DNA of 64,000 bases from Acidobacteriota bacterium (GTDB taxonomy: Bacteria > Acidobacteriota > UBA6911). Where the stretch lies: contig OY761556.1 of the NCBI GenBank assembly GCA_963664705.1, positions 2,144,001-2,208,000 on the forward strand, given 5' to 3'. The translations under genes were made by a program, and so were the position numbers. Under the pieces are notes generated by a model, which ran no database searches, had not been told where the DNA came from, and saw nothing but the letters and a program-made list of their open reading frames with translations. Below are positions 7,300 to 18,100 of the stretch, piece after piece (position 1 is the stretch's first letter; each line of letters opens with the position of its first letter).

Positions 7300-10260
7300 A
7301 TGGCGGAAATGATCGCACACTACGAGATAATCGAGAAGCTCGGCTCGGGAGGCATGGGAGTCGTCTGCAGAGCGACGGACACGAAACTCGGTCGTGAAGT
7401 CGCGCTCAAAATACTGCCCGAAAATCTGGCGGCAAATCCCGCCTATCTTCAGCGATTCCAGCGCGAAGCTCGTGCCGCCTCCGCGCTGAATCATCCGAAT
7501 ATCTGCACGATATACGAAATCGGAGAACACCAGGGACGGCCCTACATCGCCATGGAGCTTCTACAGGGGCAGACTTTGCGGGCTCTGGCCTTGGGAAAGC
7601 CCTTGCCCTCCGACCAGATCATTCGCATCGCCATGCAGATCGCCGATGCACTCGAGGCCGCCCATTCGAAAGGAATCGTTCATCGGGATATCAAACCGGC
7701 AAATATCTTTATTACATCGAGAGGACACGTCAAAGTCCTGGACTTCGGACTGGCCAAGCTGGCGTCCATAAAGCGGCCTGAATCCGAACTGGCCAACGCT
7801 GCCCCAACGCATAGCATTGCGGCGGAATATGTCAGCACGCCTCAGATCACCATCGGCACATTACCCTATATGTCGCCGGAGCAGGCTTTGGGAGAGGATT
7901 TGGACTCCCGCTCCGATCTTTTCTCGCTTGGATCGGTTCTCTATGAACTCGCAACCGGTGTTCAAGCCTTTAAGGGAAGCACGCCTGCGGTCCTCTTCCA
8001 GGAAATTCTGACGAAGAATCCAGCTCCTCCGCAGCGGCTCAACCCGGAATTGCCGCCACGACTGGATGATATCCTCTGCCGGCTTCTCGAAAAGGACCGG
8101 GACCTCCGTTTCCAGACGGCCGCTGATTTGTGTGCGGATCTGAAAAGGCTGAAGCGGGATCTCGAGTTGCGGAAGGCTATTCCGATGCACAGCGCCGAGC
8201 CGCGATCGGCGAATCCAGAGATCCCGCCTCCCAGCGCGCCGAATCCGGACCCTGCCGATCCGCCGGAAAAGAAATCCTCAAACTTGCGTTTGGCACTTCA
8301 CAATTTTCGTAAACCCAAAGTCGCACTTTCTGCCATTGCCCTGTTGCTTTTGATCGCGGGGCTTGCAGCCTTCTGGGTATTGCGCAGCTCCATGTATTAC
8401 CCCTGTGTTCAGTTTGATGATTTCTCCGGAGGATCCGATACGGTCGACGGGCAAATGGTGGGGTTCGTGCTGAAACGAGCGCTGTCACAATTTCCTGAAG
8501 TTGCCGTGGTGGATCGAAAGGAATTCCATCATCTGCTGGTCATTGAGCGGGCACGCAAGCAGGTGGAGCGTTCCAAGGCACACAATACTTCTCTTCTGCA
8601 AAAATTCCTGCCCTCCAGTTGGGAAAGACAGGAACCCGCGCTCCGTGTATCCGGCCAGGTCAGCGATTCGCTGGGCCAACTCGAGGTTCGCCTGGACTGC
8701 CTGGTTCGAGGCAAGCGGGACACGATGACCATGCGTTTTCGCGGCGTGGATGAGCTATTGAACAAAGGCATCGATGCCCTGGTCCTTCACACGCTGAATC
8801 GCTACGACTCCAAATTTGCCGAACAGCACCTGGATGGGAAGCGCCCCGACTACAAGACAGCCGTGCAGCTGCTGTCTTCGCGCTGGGATGCGCTTCGTCA
8901 TTATTATCGCGGAGCCAGCGCATGGGAACGGCTGGACATGAATGCCGCCGAACGGGAATTGCGATCCGCGCTTGAAATCGATCCCAACCTCGCCCTGGCC
9001 CACTTGATGCTTGGCCAGGTTTTCGTTTTCAAGAACCAGTGGGACGCGGCGCAAACCGAAATTCTTGCGGCGCGCAAGCAGGCAGGGACGCTGCCGGAAA
9101 CGGATCAACTGCTCGTCGAAGCCTTTCTTGCACGCGTTTTCGGAAAACCCTTTGAAGAACGGGTTTATTTTCAGCGACTGATTGGCCTCCAGCCTCAAAA
9201 AAGAGAGTATCTTTACGAGCTGGCGGAATCCTACTTCCACACGGCGGATGTCGATGAGGCAATCAGCAAATATCAGGATGCCCTCAGCCTGGACGACCGT
9301 TACGCCCTGGCCTATAACCATCTCGCTTACTGCTATTCCTGGAAAGGGGAGCATACCAAAGCCATCGAAGCGGGGCGAAGGTACCTGGCGCTCGACCAGT
9401 CAGCCAATGCCTATGACAGCCTGGGCGATGCCTATATGCAGGCCGGCGACTATGCCAACGCCGAAGCCATGAAGCAAAAGGCCATCCGGAAAGATCCGCA
9501 GATGTATTATGCGATCCGCAACCTGGCGAATATTGAGATGATGCGCGGACATTATCAGATTGCCGCCGGTCGGCTAAAAGCATTCTTCGATGCCACCGAA
9601 GAAAAGATGCAGAAGGCGCAGTACTATGCCGCCATGGCGTTCCTTCTCTACCGGGAGGGAGAAATTCAAAACGCGCTATCCGCATGCGAACAGGGTCTGA
9701 AGCTTGTAGGGCCGGTCCAATATGATTCGCCCCATGACGAACTGATCTGGATGAGCGGACTGCTCGAAGTGGCCCGGCATAACCTCCCGGCCGCCCGCAG
9801 GTATCTCAATCAATTGCACACCATTGTCGATTCCAATCTGATTTCCGCTATGAACTACAAGCCCGCCTACAAATACTATCAGCATCTGCTGGCCATGGTG
9901 ATGGCGCAAGAAGGAAAAAACCAGGAAGCAGTGGCCGCTATCAACGACTTGAAATATGTCCGAAACAAGCTTGGCTATTGGAGCACACCCTATGACCGGG
10001 CGTTCTTCTCCGATTCCATCGGACAGATTTACGAGGAAATGAAACTGCCGACCGATGCGCAGCAGGCGTACCAGGATTCGCTTGCCTACAACCCGCACTA
10101 TGCCCTTGCCCAGTTTCACCTGGCCATGCTGCTAAAGCGGCAGGGCGTGCGCATGGAGGCGCAAAGCCAGTTCAATGCATTCCTCCAGGAGTGGCGGACC
10201 GCCGATCCGGACATACGGGAAGTGATCGAGGCACGCAAGCAAATTGCGGATTCCCAATGA
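7300..10260 (+). CDS. Membrane Ser/Thr protein kinase with extracytoplasmic TPR repeats
   Basis: [21 protein letters not shown] and SPE motifs; Pro-rich linker, one transmembrane helix, many TPRs. ATG at 7300 is preferred over TTG at 7168. Confidence 0.93.
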   Translation: MAEMIAHYEIIEKLGSGGMGVVCRATDTKLGREVALKILPENLAANPAYLQRFQREARAASALNHPNICTIYEIGEHQGRPYIAMELLQGQTLRALALGKPLPSDQIIRIAMQIADALEAAHSKGIVHRDIKPANIFITSRGHVKVLDFGLAKLASIKRPESELANAAPTHSIAAEYVSTPQITIGTLPYMSPEQALGEDLDSRSDLFSLGSVLYELATGVQAFKGSTPAVLFQEILTKNPAPPQRLNPELPPRLDDILCRLLEKDRDLRFQTAADLCADLKRLKRDLELRKAIPMHSAEPRSANPEIPPPSAPNPDPADPPEKKSSNLRLALHNFRKPKVALSAIALLLLIAGLAAFWVLRSSMYYPCVQFDDFSGGSDTVDGQMVGFVLKRALSQFPEVAVVDRKEFHHLLVIERARKQVERSKAHNTSLLQKFLPSSWERQEPALRVSGQVSDSLGQLEVRLDCLVRGKRDTMTMRFRGVDELLNKGIDALVLHTLNRYDSKFAEQHLDGKRPDYKTAVQLLSSRWDALRHYYRGASAWERLDMNAAERELRSALEIDPNLALAHLMLGQVFVFKNQWDAAQTEILAARKQAGTLPETDQLLVEAFLARVFGKPFEERVYFQRLIGLQPQKREYLYELAESYFHTADVDEAISKYQDALSLDDRYALAYNHLAYCYSWKGEHTKAIEAGRRYLALDQSANAYDSLGDAYMQAGDYANAEAMKQKAIRKDPQMYYAIRNLANIEMMRGHYQIAAGRLKAFFDATEEKMQKAQYYAAMAFLLYREGEIQNALSACEQGLKLVGPVQYDSPHDELIWMSGLLEVARHNLPAARRYLNQLHTIVDSNLISAMNYKPAYKYYQHLLAMVMAQEGKNQEAVAAINDLKYVRNKLGYWSTPYDRAFFSDSIGQIYEEMKLPTDAQQAYQDSLAYNPHYALAQFHLAMLLKRQGVRMEAQSQFNAFLQEWRTADPDIREVIEARKQIADSQ

Positions 10261-10298
10261 CAGACGACGCTGGCATACTGTCCCTGCGGAGGGGTCGG

Positions 10299-10946
10299 AT
10301 GATTCGTGGAGTGCTATTTGATCTTGATGGAGTAATCATTGATACGCTGCATTACCACTACCTGGCCTGGAAGCATATGTTCCAGCGCTTTGGCGGAGAT
10401 GTGAACGAGCATACCGTCCTGCTCCACGAGGGAAGGAACTCCCGCGAAATTCTTCCGCTTCTGATGAAGGAAGCAGGAATTTCTATTCCGGATGATCAAC
10501 AGGCCGACTTCATTGATGAAAAACGCGCCTATTACCGAAGCATCGTGCATGTGCAACAATACCCGGGCGCCTTTGAGGTTATCGATGCCTTGAAGCATCG
10601 CGGATACAAAGTAGCTCTTGTGACCGCCTGCGCTTTGAAAAATATGCAGCACTCGCTCGACAGCGATCATCAAAAACACTTTGATTTTATTATCACCGGA
10701 GATGAAGTCCCTCGCGCCAAACCCTTTCCCGATCCTTATCTGATGGCAGCCCGGCAAATCGGCCTCGATCCATCCGATTGCATTGTAGTGGAAAATGCGC
10801 CCCTCGGAATTGAGGCGGCAAAGAATGCGGGGATGTACTGCATTGCAATCGAAACGACTCTCGGGAAGGAATTTCTACAATCCGCGGATTGCATTCTGCC
10901 CAGCATCCGGGATGTACTTCAGCTCCCGTTTTTTGCCACGAATTAA
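10299..10946 (+). CDS. HAD-family phosphatase (beta-PGM/CbbY-like)
   Basis: FDLDGV motif I, KPFPD, VENAPLGIEAA; RBS GGAGGG. Confidence 0.9.
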   Translation: MIRGVLFDLDGVIIDTLHYHYLAWKHMFQRFGGDVNEHTVLLHEGRNSREILPLLMKEAGISIPDDQQADFIDEKRAYYRSIVHVQQYPGAFEVIDALKHRGYKVALVTACALKNMQHSLDSDHQKHFDFIITGDEVPRAKPFPDPYLMAARQIGLDPSDCIVVENAPLGIEAAKNAGMYCIAIETTLGKEFLQSADCILPSIRDVLQLPFFATN

Positions 10947-10965
10947 GCGAATTAGTAGGCCCATT

Positions 10966-11142
10966 AACCGCCAAGACCTCGAAGACCGCAAAGAATAGTT
11001 TTGGGGCTCATTTTGTTGGTTTTTGCGGGCTGGATGCTTACGCAGAATATGCTCCTATCCGCTACAAGGAGGTTGCGCTCGATTGTGGATAAACAAGCAA
11101 TTCTTGGCGGTCTTCGCGGTTCAAAGATAAAAACGAATCAAC
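10966..11142. mobile_element. Internally deleted, non-autonomous derivative of the GxxExxY cassette
   Basis: Terminal inverted arrays AACCGCCAAGACCTCGAAGACCGCAAAGAA (10966-10995) and TTCTTGGCGGTCTTCGCGGTT (11101-11121) enclose a fragment encoding GLDAYAEYAPIRYKEVALDCG, homologous to GLDVYAEYPIPIHYKEIALDCG of the gene at 19560-19940. Confidence 0.8.
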
Positions 11143-11170
11143 GGAATTGTACGAAGGTTTTATTTCGGGA

Positions 11171-12412
11171 TTAGGAGGGCGTCTTCTCTACCAGCTTGAG
11201 TCCGCGTCGGTCGCGAGCCAAACCCGCCGGCCGGAACGGCTCCGCTCCGAGTCCAAACGGATCCTCCCAGTTGGTAGCGGGCTGAGCGCGCAGCACAAGA
11301 TCGTAGGCCGAATCCGCCACAATCCGATCGTCAATGGTCTGCATATTGATCGTGGCCGCCAGCGACATCGAATGCCGGCAGATCATGTTGACGTTGAGGG
11401 GAATCCCGCGAGAGTACAAAGCAATGGCGGAAAGCGCCGCCGGTGAAAACAACTGCCGAGCGCAACCGGCCGTGCGCAGCCGGTGAAGGATATAGCTTCG
11501 CACTTCAGCCTCATCCAGCGGAGCCAGTCGGCTGTACACATTGATCTGTTTTACGGCCTCTTCCAATCGTGCTCCGTCGAGTTTTTCCAGCAATCCCTGC
11601 CTTCCGGCAATCACAACCTGAAGCAGCTTCCCTTTTCTTGATTGCATTCGCGAAAACAGGCACAGATTCTCCAGCATATCGTAAGAGAAATCCTGCGCGT
11701 CATCACAGATCAGCGTCATCAGACGGCCGGCCTGCTGTTTGGAAGCCAACCAGTTCTCAAAAGACCGCAGGTTCTCGTCGAGATCTTTTCCGAAACCATT
11801 CAAGCCGAAAATCCCCATCACACCGCGCACCATTTCGCTGCGCGAATTGAAGGAGCCCGGCATCATGGCGATCTCGGCTTCCGGCCTCAGCGTTTCGACC
11901 AGATATTCCAGCAAGGCGGTTTTTCCCATGCCGGCCTGAGCAAGGATGACGCCGATGCCGCGACGCTCACGAATGAGAGTTCGAATGGATGAAAAGACTT
12001 CCTGGTGTCCCCTGCTGAAGAAATAATACCGCGGGTTTGGGGCAAAGCTGAATGCGTCCTCCGACATCCCCGCCAGGCGTCGAGGATTTTTGGCCGCATC
12101 GACCGGCGCAGACATCCCTCTCTCCATCAACAGGGCGATGCGCATCTCGCGCGCCCCCGCATTCCAATGATCATCGAGCACAAATGCCCGGCAGGAATAG
12201 TGTCGTCTTCCGGATTGGAATTGAGTAACGAGGAATCCCTGCAGCCTGCTTGGATCCTCGGGCATGAAGGTCAGTATCTTCTGTCTCAATATGCCATCAA
12301 TGGCCGCAGGGTTTGTCGCGGTATTGGGATACCCAAGAATTTTGATCGATTCCGGGTTGGCATATACCGGACGATACAGCGAATCGATCAGCACAAATCC
12401 TGCTGTTTCCAA
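11171..12412 (-). CDS. ExeA/GspA-like AAA ATPase with N-terminal PAS-like region
   Basis: FSFAPNPRYYF, Walker A AQAGMGKT, Walker B ICDDAQ, YILHRL and SRGIPLNVN (ExeA signature); N-terminus GFVLID..RPVYANP is PAS-like. Confidence 0.85.
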   Translation of the reverse strand: METAGFVLIDSLYRPVYANPESIKILGYPNTATNPAAIDGILRQKILTFMPEDPSRLQGFLVTQFQSGRRHYSCRAFVLDDHWNAGAREMRIALLMERGMSAPVDAAKNPRRLAGMSEDAFSFAPNPRYYFFSRGHQEVFSSIRTLIRERRGIGVILAQAGMGKTALLEYLVETLRPEAEIAMMPGSFNSRSEMVRGVMGIFGLNGFGKDLDENLRSFENWLASKQQAGRLMTLICDDAQDFSYDMLENLCLFSRMQSRKGKLLQVVIAGRQGLLEKLDGARLEEAVKQINVYSRLAPLDEAEVRSYILHRLRTAGCARQLFSPAALSAIALYSRGIPLNVNMICRHSMSLAATINMQTIDDRIVADSAYDLVLRAQPATNWEDPFGLGAEPFRPAGLARDRRGLKLVEKTPS

Positions 12413-12668
12413 TGCTTACCTCCATTGGGCTTGCGCGCGCAACCACTCGTAAAACCTGATAGAGCGGTTGGTTAATTTTCCTTATCGGCAGGTTTTTTGT
12501 CAAACGATAAAAAACCGGCCAATCCTTGAACAAATCCTTATCTACACTCTCATGACTCCTCCCTTTATTGCCGATTACCCTACACGTAGCCCCTCAAATC
12601 CCTGTTTCTGATACAATAATGGGAGTGGCGGTCAAAGAGGCAAACATCAATCAGCAGGGGAACTTACA

Positions 12669-15095
12669 GTGGATGCAGTGGCACATCACAGGTCGATAGA
12701 ACAAAATCCGCCCGGATTCAGCCGGGATGTCATCCTGCAGGATTACCGGATTGCCCACCGTAGCCGACTGGCCAGCATCATCGCAAGGCAGGAGGTCTTT
12801 TCCGGAAAGGCAAAGTTCGGGATTTTCGGAGACGGCAAAGAAGTAGCCCAGGTGGCTCTGGCACATGCATTCCGCAAAGGGGATTTCCGCTCGGGCTACT
12901 ATCGCGACCAAACGCTCATGTTCGCCCTCGGAGTTCTGGATCTGGAGCAGTTCTTCGCCCAGCTTTACGGACACGCCGATGTTTTGGTGGAGCCGGGTTT
13001 CGGCGGCCGCGCCATGACCGGTCATTTTGCAACGCGCCTGCTCAACCCGGACGGCAGCTGGAAAAACCAACTGGAGTCCTATAACTCAACCGCGGATCTT
13101 TCTCCCACCGGAGCGCAGATGCCCCGGCTTGTCGGACTCGCGCTTGCTTCCAAACTGTATCGAAGTCTTCGCGAGCTGGACGAGCATGCACGGATGTTCA
13201 GCGATCACGGCAATGAGATTGCTTTCGGGACCATCGGCAATGCCGCCTGCGCCGAAGGAATCTTCTGGGAAGCCGTCAATGCCGTTGGAGTGCTTCAGGC
13301 ACCGATGCTGCTGGCCATTTGGGACGATGGCTACGGCATATCCGTCCCAAACGAGCTCCAGGTGGCAAAAGCCGATATTTCGAATATTCTTCAGGGCTTC
13401 CAAACCCATCGCGACGGCAAAGCCGGTATTGAAATCTTCAAGGCGCGCGGATGGGATTATCCGCAATTGTGCGAAACCTTCCTGGCTGCGGCCGAACCGG
13501 TGCGACGCACGCACGCCCCGGTTATTGTTCATGTGACGGAGCTGACGCAACCCCAGGGGCATTCCACTTCCGGAAGCCACGAACGATACAAATCCGCGGA
13601 GCGCATCAAGTGGGAACGGGAATATGACTGCATGCGGCAGATGCGCGACTGGATCATTCGCGAAGGGATCGCCACTCCGGACGAACTGAACGCCATCGAA
13701 ACCTCCGAAAAAGCACATGTGCTCGATACCAGGGAACGCGCCTGGAGCTCTTTTCAGAACCCGATTCTCCAGGAAAGAAATGAACTGCTGGAGCTTATGC
13801 AGGAAGCCGCGGGGATTTTCCCTGCCCTCGACAAACTCGACCGGATTCGGGCCGAGCTTGAACAGATCAAAAATCCTATTCGCCGGGATCTTCTCTCCTC
13901 TGCCGCCGATGCCCTGGTAGCGCTTCAAACCGAGCCGCCGCACCGAAGTGACAAGCTCAGGAACTGGAAGAAGCTTCGGGAACGGGAAGGGAACGCACGC
14001 TACGACACCTGTCTGTACAGTCGCTCCGCCCAGGCGGCACTGAAAATACCGTCTGTTTCGGCGGCTTACTCTCAAGACGCACCCACGAAGCTCGGCTTTG
14101 AGATTCTGAATGCCTGCTTTGATTCCGCCTTTGCCCGTTTCCCCCAGCTGGTGGCCATGGGCGAGGACATCGGCCGTCTGGGAGATGTCAACCAGGGTTT
14201 TGCCGGGCTCCAAGCCAAATACGGAGCCAACAGAATCATGGATACGGGAATCCGCGAAGCGACTATCGTCGGCCAGGCGGTAGGATTGGCTTTGCGCGGT
14301 TTCAAGCCGATCGCGGATATCCAGTATCTCGATTACATGCTCTATGCCATCCAAACGCTTTCCGACGATCTGGCATCGCTGCACTGGCGGACTTCGGGGG
14401 GCCAAAAAGCCCCCATCATTATCCGGACGCGCGGCCATCGCCTGGAAGGCATCTGGCATTCGGGGTCGCCGATGGCCGGAATCCTCAACCTCATCCGTGG
14501 AATCTATATCTGCGTTCCACGTGATGCGACGCAGGCCGCCGGATTTTACAACACGATTCTGGAATCGGATGACAGCGCGCTGATTATCGAAGTCCTCAAT
14601 GCGTATCGCAGAAAAGCAAAAATGCCTTCGAATATCGGAGAGTTCAAGATCCCGCTTGGCGTCCCCGAAGTCATCCGGCCGGGTCGCGATGTGACCATCG
14701 TGACCTACGGCGCCTGCTGTGGCATCGCGCAGGAAGCAGCCGATCAGTTGAAAACGACAGGGATCGAGGCGGAGATCATCGATGCGCGGACCATTCTCCC
14801 CTTCGACATTCACGGGATCATTCTGGATTCGCTCCGGAAAACAAACAGAATTCTCTTCCTAGATGAAGATTGCCCCGGAGGTGCCACTGCCTATATGATG
14901 CAACAAGTTATTGAAGGACAGGGCGGCTATCATTGGCTGGATTGCGCCCCGCGCACCCTGGCTTCCAAGGAACACAGGCCGGCATATGGATCGGATGGCG
15001 ATTACTTCTCCAAGTCCAATCGCGAACAGATCTTCGAGGCGGTCTATGAAATCATGCACGAATCCAATCCCCGGCGTTTTCCAAAGGTTTATTAG
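12669..15095 (+). CDS. 2-oxoacid (branched-chain-type) dehydrogenase E1, fused alpha and beta subunits
   Basis: GDGKE, YYRDQ, TPP-binding region, GHSTSG loop, MGEDIG, DTGIRE and a transketolase-like C-terminus in one 808-aa chain. Confidence 0.92.
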   Translation: MDAVAHHRSIEQNPPGFSRDVILQDYRIAHRSRLASIIARQEVFSGKAKFGIFGDGKEVAQVALAHAFRKGDFRSGYYRDQTLMFALGVLDLEQFFAQLYGHADVLVEPGFGGRAMTGHFATRLLNPDGSWKNQLESYNSTADLSPTGAQMPRLVGLALASKLYRSLRELDEHARMFSDHGNEIAFGTIGNAACAEGIFWEAVNAVGVLQAPMLLAIWDDGYGISVPNELQVAKADISNILQGFQTHRDGKAGIEIFKARGWDYPQLCETFLAAAEPVRRTHAPVIVHVTELTQPQGHSTSGSHERYKSAERIKWEREYDCMRQMRDWIIREGIATPDELNAIETSEKAHVLDTRERAWSSFQNPILQERNELLELMQEAAGIFPALDKLDRIRAELEQIKNPIRRDLLSSAADALVALQTEPPHRSDKLRNWKKLREREGNARYDTCLYSRSAQAALKIPSVSAAYSQDAPTKLGFEILNACFDSAFARFPQLVAMGEDIGRLGDVNQGFAGLQAKYGANRIMDTGIREATIVGQAVGLALRGFKPIADIQYLDYMLYAIQTLSDDLASLHWRTSGGQKAPIIIRTRGHRLEGIWHSGSPMAGILNLIRGIYICVPRDATQAAGFYNTILESDDSALIIEVLNAYRRKAKMPSNIGEFKIPLGVPEVIRPGRDVTIVTYGACCGIAQEAADQLKTTGIEAEIIDARTILPFDIHGIILDSLRKTNRILFLDEDCPGGATAYMMQQVIEGQGGYHWLDCAPRTLASKEHRPAYGSDGDYFSKSNREQIFEAVYEIMHESNPRRFPKVY

Positions 15096-15184
15096 TTTGA
15101 GGCTCCGCGCGATGTGTGCCGTCAGGCATTGTGGTGTCAGCGTCCATCGGTGTTGAAGCGCTACTCAATTGAAACGAGGGCACG

Positions 15185-18100
15185 ATGATTACTCAAGATC
15201 CAGAGAACAGAGCTCAGGTAATTTCAAAGATTATTGATCTGATCAATCGGACAGCTCCGGAAAAGGACAGGAATCTTGTCCTGTCGTTCGCCCCGGTCAT
15301 CCTGGAGGAGGCGCCCGATCGCATTCTCTTCATGCTGCCTCCGGAAATCCTGGCCGAACGTCTTCTGCGCCATTATCAATTCATCGTTCACGCCATGCCT
15401 CCTTCCATCCAGCTCTTTAAGGGCCCTCCCGGCATTCACGTCTCCGTGCACAATCCGGACGAGGCCGAAGCCAAGGCCATGGGCGGCGGCGCGGGGCTGC
15501 CGCTTGAAACCACCGTGGTCCGGACCCATACGCTGGATGCGCCCTTCATCTTCGAGAGTCTGAAGAATTATTTCAGCAAGGCCGGGCTGCGCGTGTACTC
15601 CGCGGTTCACCCGATTTTTTCCGTGCGCCGCCAGTGGGAGCGTATTGTCTGGATCGGACCGCCCCACGAGGAAGGAACGAAGGAATCGTATTGCTACTTC
15701 CAGATCGAGCCGGTTGATTCCAAGGAGCGCCTCCGTCGCATCCAGCACGAAATATTCTGCGTCTTGAAATGCGTGTTTCTGGCCGTTGAAGATTTCCAGG
15801 CCATGACTTCCCTCACCCGGGAAACCGCCCGCAGACTCAAGGGCAAGGATGGATCCGATGAAATCGAATCCGCCCGGGCTTTCACGGACTGGCTCCTGGA
15901 TGAAAACTACGTTTTCCTGGGCGTTGCCCGGTATGCCGCCGGCCAGGACGGGCATCCGCAGCGCATCCAGGATTCCGTCACCGGCGTGTTCAATGATCCC
16001 GAACTGCTTCCGGTGGTATTTCCGGGGCTGATGGAGGAAGTGGAATCGCACATCCTTCCCTCCCCCGAAGACTCCCACATCGTGGGAATGGATTACAGCA
16101 AGAACGCGTCGGCGATCTATCACCTGGATCCGATCGACTATATTGTTCTGCGCGAGTTTGACGGCCAGGGTGGATTTGCGGGAGCAAACCTTCTGCTGGG
16201 CCGATTCTCCAGAGGCACCTTCGTGCAGCGCGCCGACAGGATCCCGATTCTGAAGCAAAAACTGCAGACCATACTCAAGGACAGCGGCGCGATTGAAAAA
16301 TCGCACATCTTTCGCGAGCTGATCAATACCTTTAACCGGATGCCGATGCGTGAGCTGTTTTATGCGCCTCCGGCCGCGCTGAAATCGATTCTCGAGCCGA
16401 TCGCGTTCATGCTCGGAGACGAGGAAATCATCGTCCGCACGCGGAAAGGCACCGGATACATTGTTCTCGAAATCGCGTTCTCTCGCCTGCGCTATTCCTA
16501 TGGCGTCGAGGAAAACATTCGCCGAGCTCTCTCGGATGCGTTTGGGCCCGTCTCGTTCCACACGCGGGCAGACTGCGGCGCGGCCAACCTGCTCCTTTTC
16601 TATTTCGACACGGAACGCCTGGATCATCCGATCGATGAAAAGGCCGTTCACGAAATCGTTGCGAAACGGATCACCACCTGGGAAGACCGCGTTTCCGCCG
16701 AATTGGAGACATCCTTCGGCGAGCGCGAAGGAAGACGTCTGTTTAAGCGCTATGTCACGTTTGAAACCAGGAGCGGACTCTACCGCGAGGTGACTCCGCC
16801 TGAAATGGTTCCCGGTGATTTAAGGCATCTCGACAGTCTGGAAGCACGTCTCGAAATCCGCATCGTCCCGCGCGGAACCGAAGTGGCCATGCTGCACTTT
16901 TATGCCATGCATGAGCTGGGACTCACCCATACCCTGAAAACTCTTGAGAACCTCGGACTCCAGGTTACGGATGAAATGCGCATTCCGCTCCAGTTGCCGG
17001 AAGAGCGCAGCTGCTACCTGTACCGGTATGAGATTCGCGGTTCCGCTGAAAGGATCGCCGCTCTCATTGCCGGCGAGGAGCGATTCGTTGAAGCGGTGCG
17101 CAGATTGGATGAGGGCCACGCAACGGATGATTCGCTGAACGGCCTGATTTTGTCTGTCGGTTTATCCTGGCGTGAAGTCGAGGCCCTTCGCACCGTGCGC
17201 AACCACATGCTGCAGATCCGCTCGAACTACAACGTTGAGACCGTCAATCGCGTCCTGCTGAACAACAGCTCCGTTTCCAACGCTCTTTTCCGGTATTTTG
17301 AAGCGCTGTTTGATCCCGAACTGCCCGGCGATCGGGAGCATGCCGTCAAGGAAGCGGACAAGGGAGTCCAGGCGGCTCTGAATACCGTGCGCAGCCTTGC
17401 GGAAGATGAAGTGCTGCGCGCCATGTACAACCTGATCCAGTCTTCGCTGCGCACGAACTTCTATCAGATTCCGGAACGCCCGGTCTTCTCCATCAAGATC
17501 GACAGTCGCAAAGTGGAAAACATGCCGCTGCCGAAACCGATGTTCGAGATTTACGTGCATTCGAACCGGCTGGAGGGGATTCACCTCCGGGGTGGCCGCG
17601 TGGCACGCGGCGGCATTCGATGGAGCGATCGGCCCGATGATTTCCGGACCGAAGTTCTCGGACTGATGGCAACCCAGATGCTGAAAAACACCATCATCGT
17701 CCCGGTCGGATCGAAAGGCGGCTTTTTCCTGAAAGGAAATGTGCCGGCTCCCCCGGCGCTGGATGCCTATCTTATTGACCGATACAGCGAATATGTTTCC
17801 GGGCTGCTCGATGTAACAGACAACATTGTGGACGGCCAGATCCTGCACCCGCCCGAAGTCGTACGTCACGACAGCGATGATCCCTACCTCGTGGTCGCCG
17901 CGGACAAGGGAACTGCGCATCTGTCCGATACCGCCAACAGCATGTCGCTTCAGTATGGCTTCTGGCTTGGCGACGCTTTCGCCTCCGGAGGAAAAACCGG
18001 CTACGATCACAAGAAGATAGGAATCACTGCCCGTGGCGCATGGGAATGCGTCAAGCACCACTTCCTGAATCTCGGGATGGACATTCAGAAAGAGCCGTTC

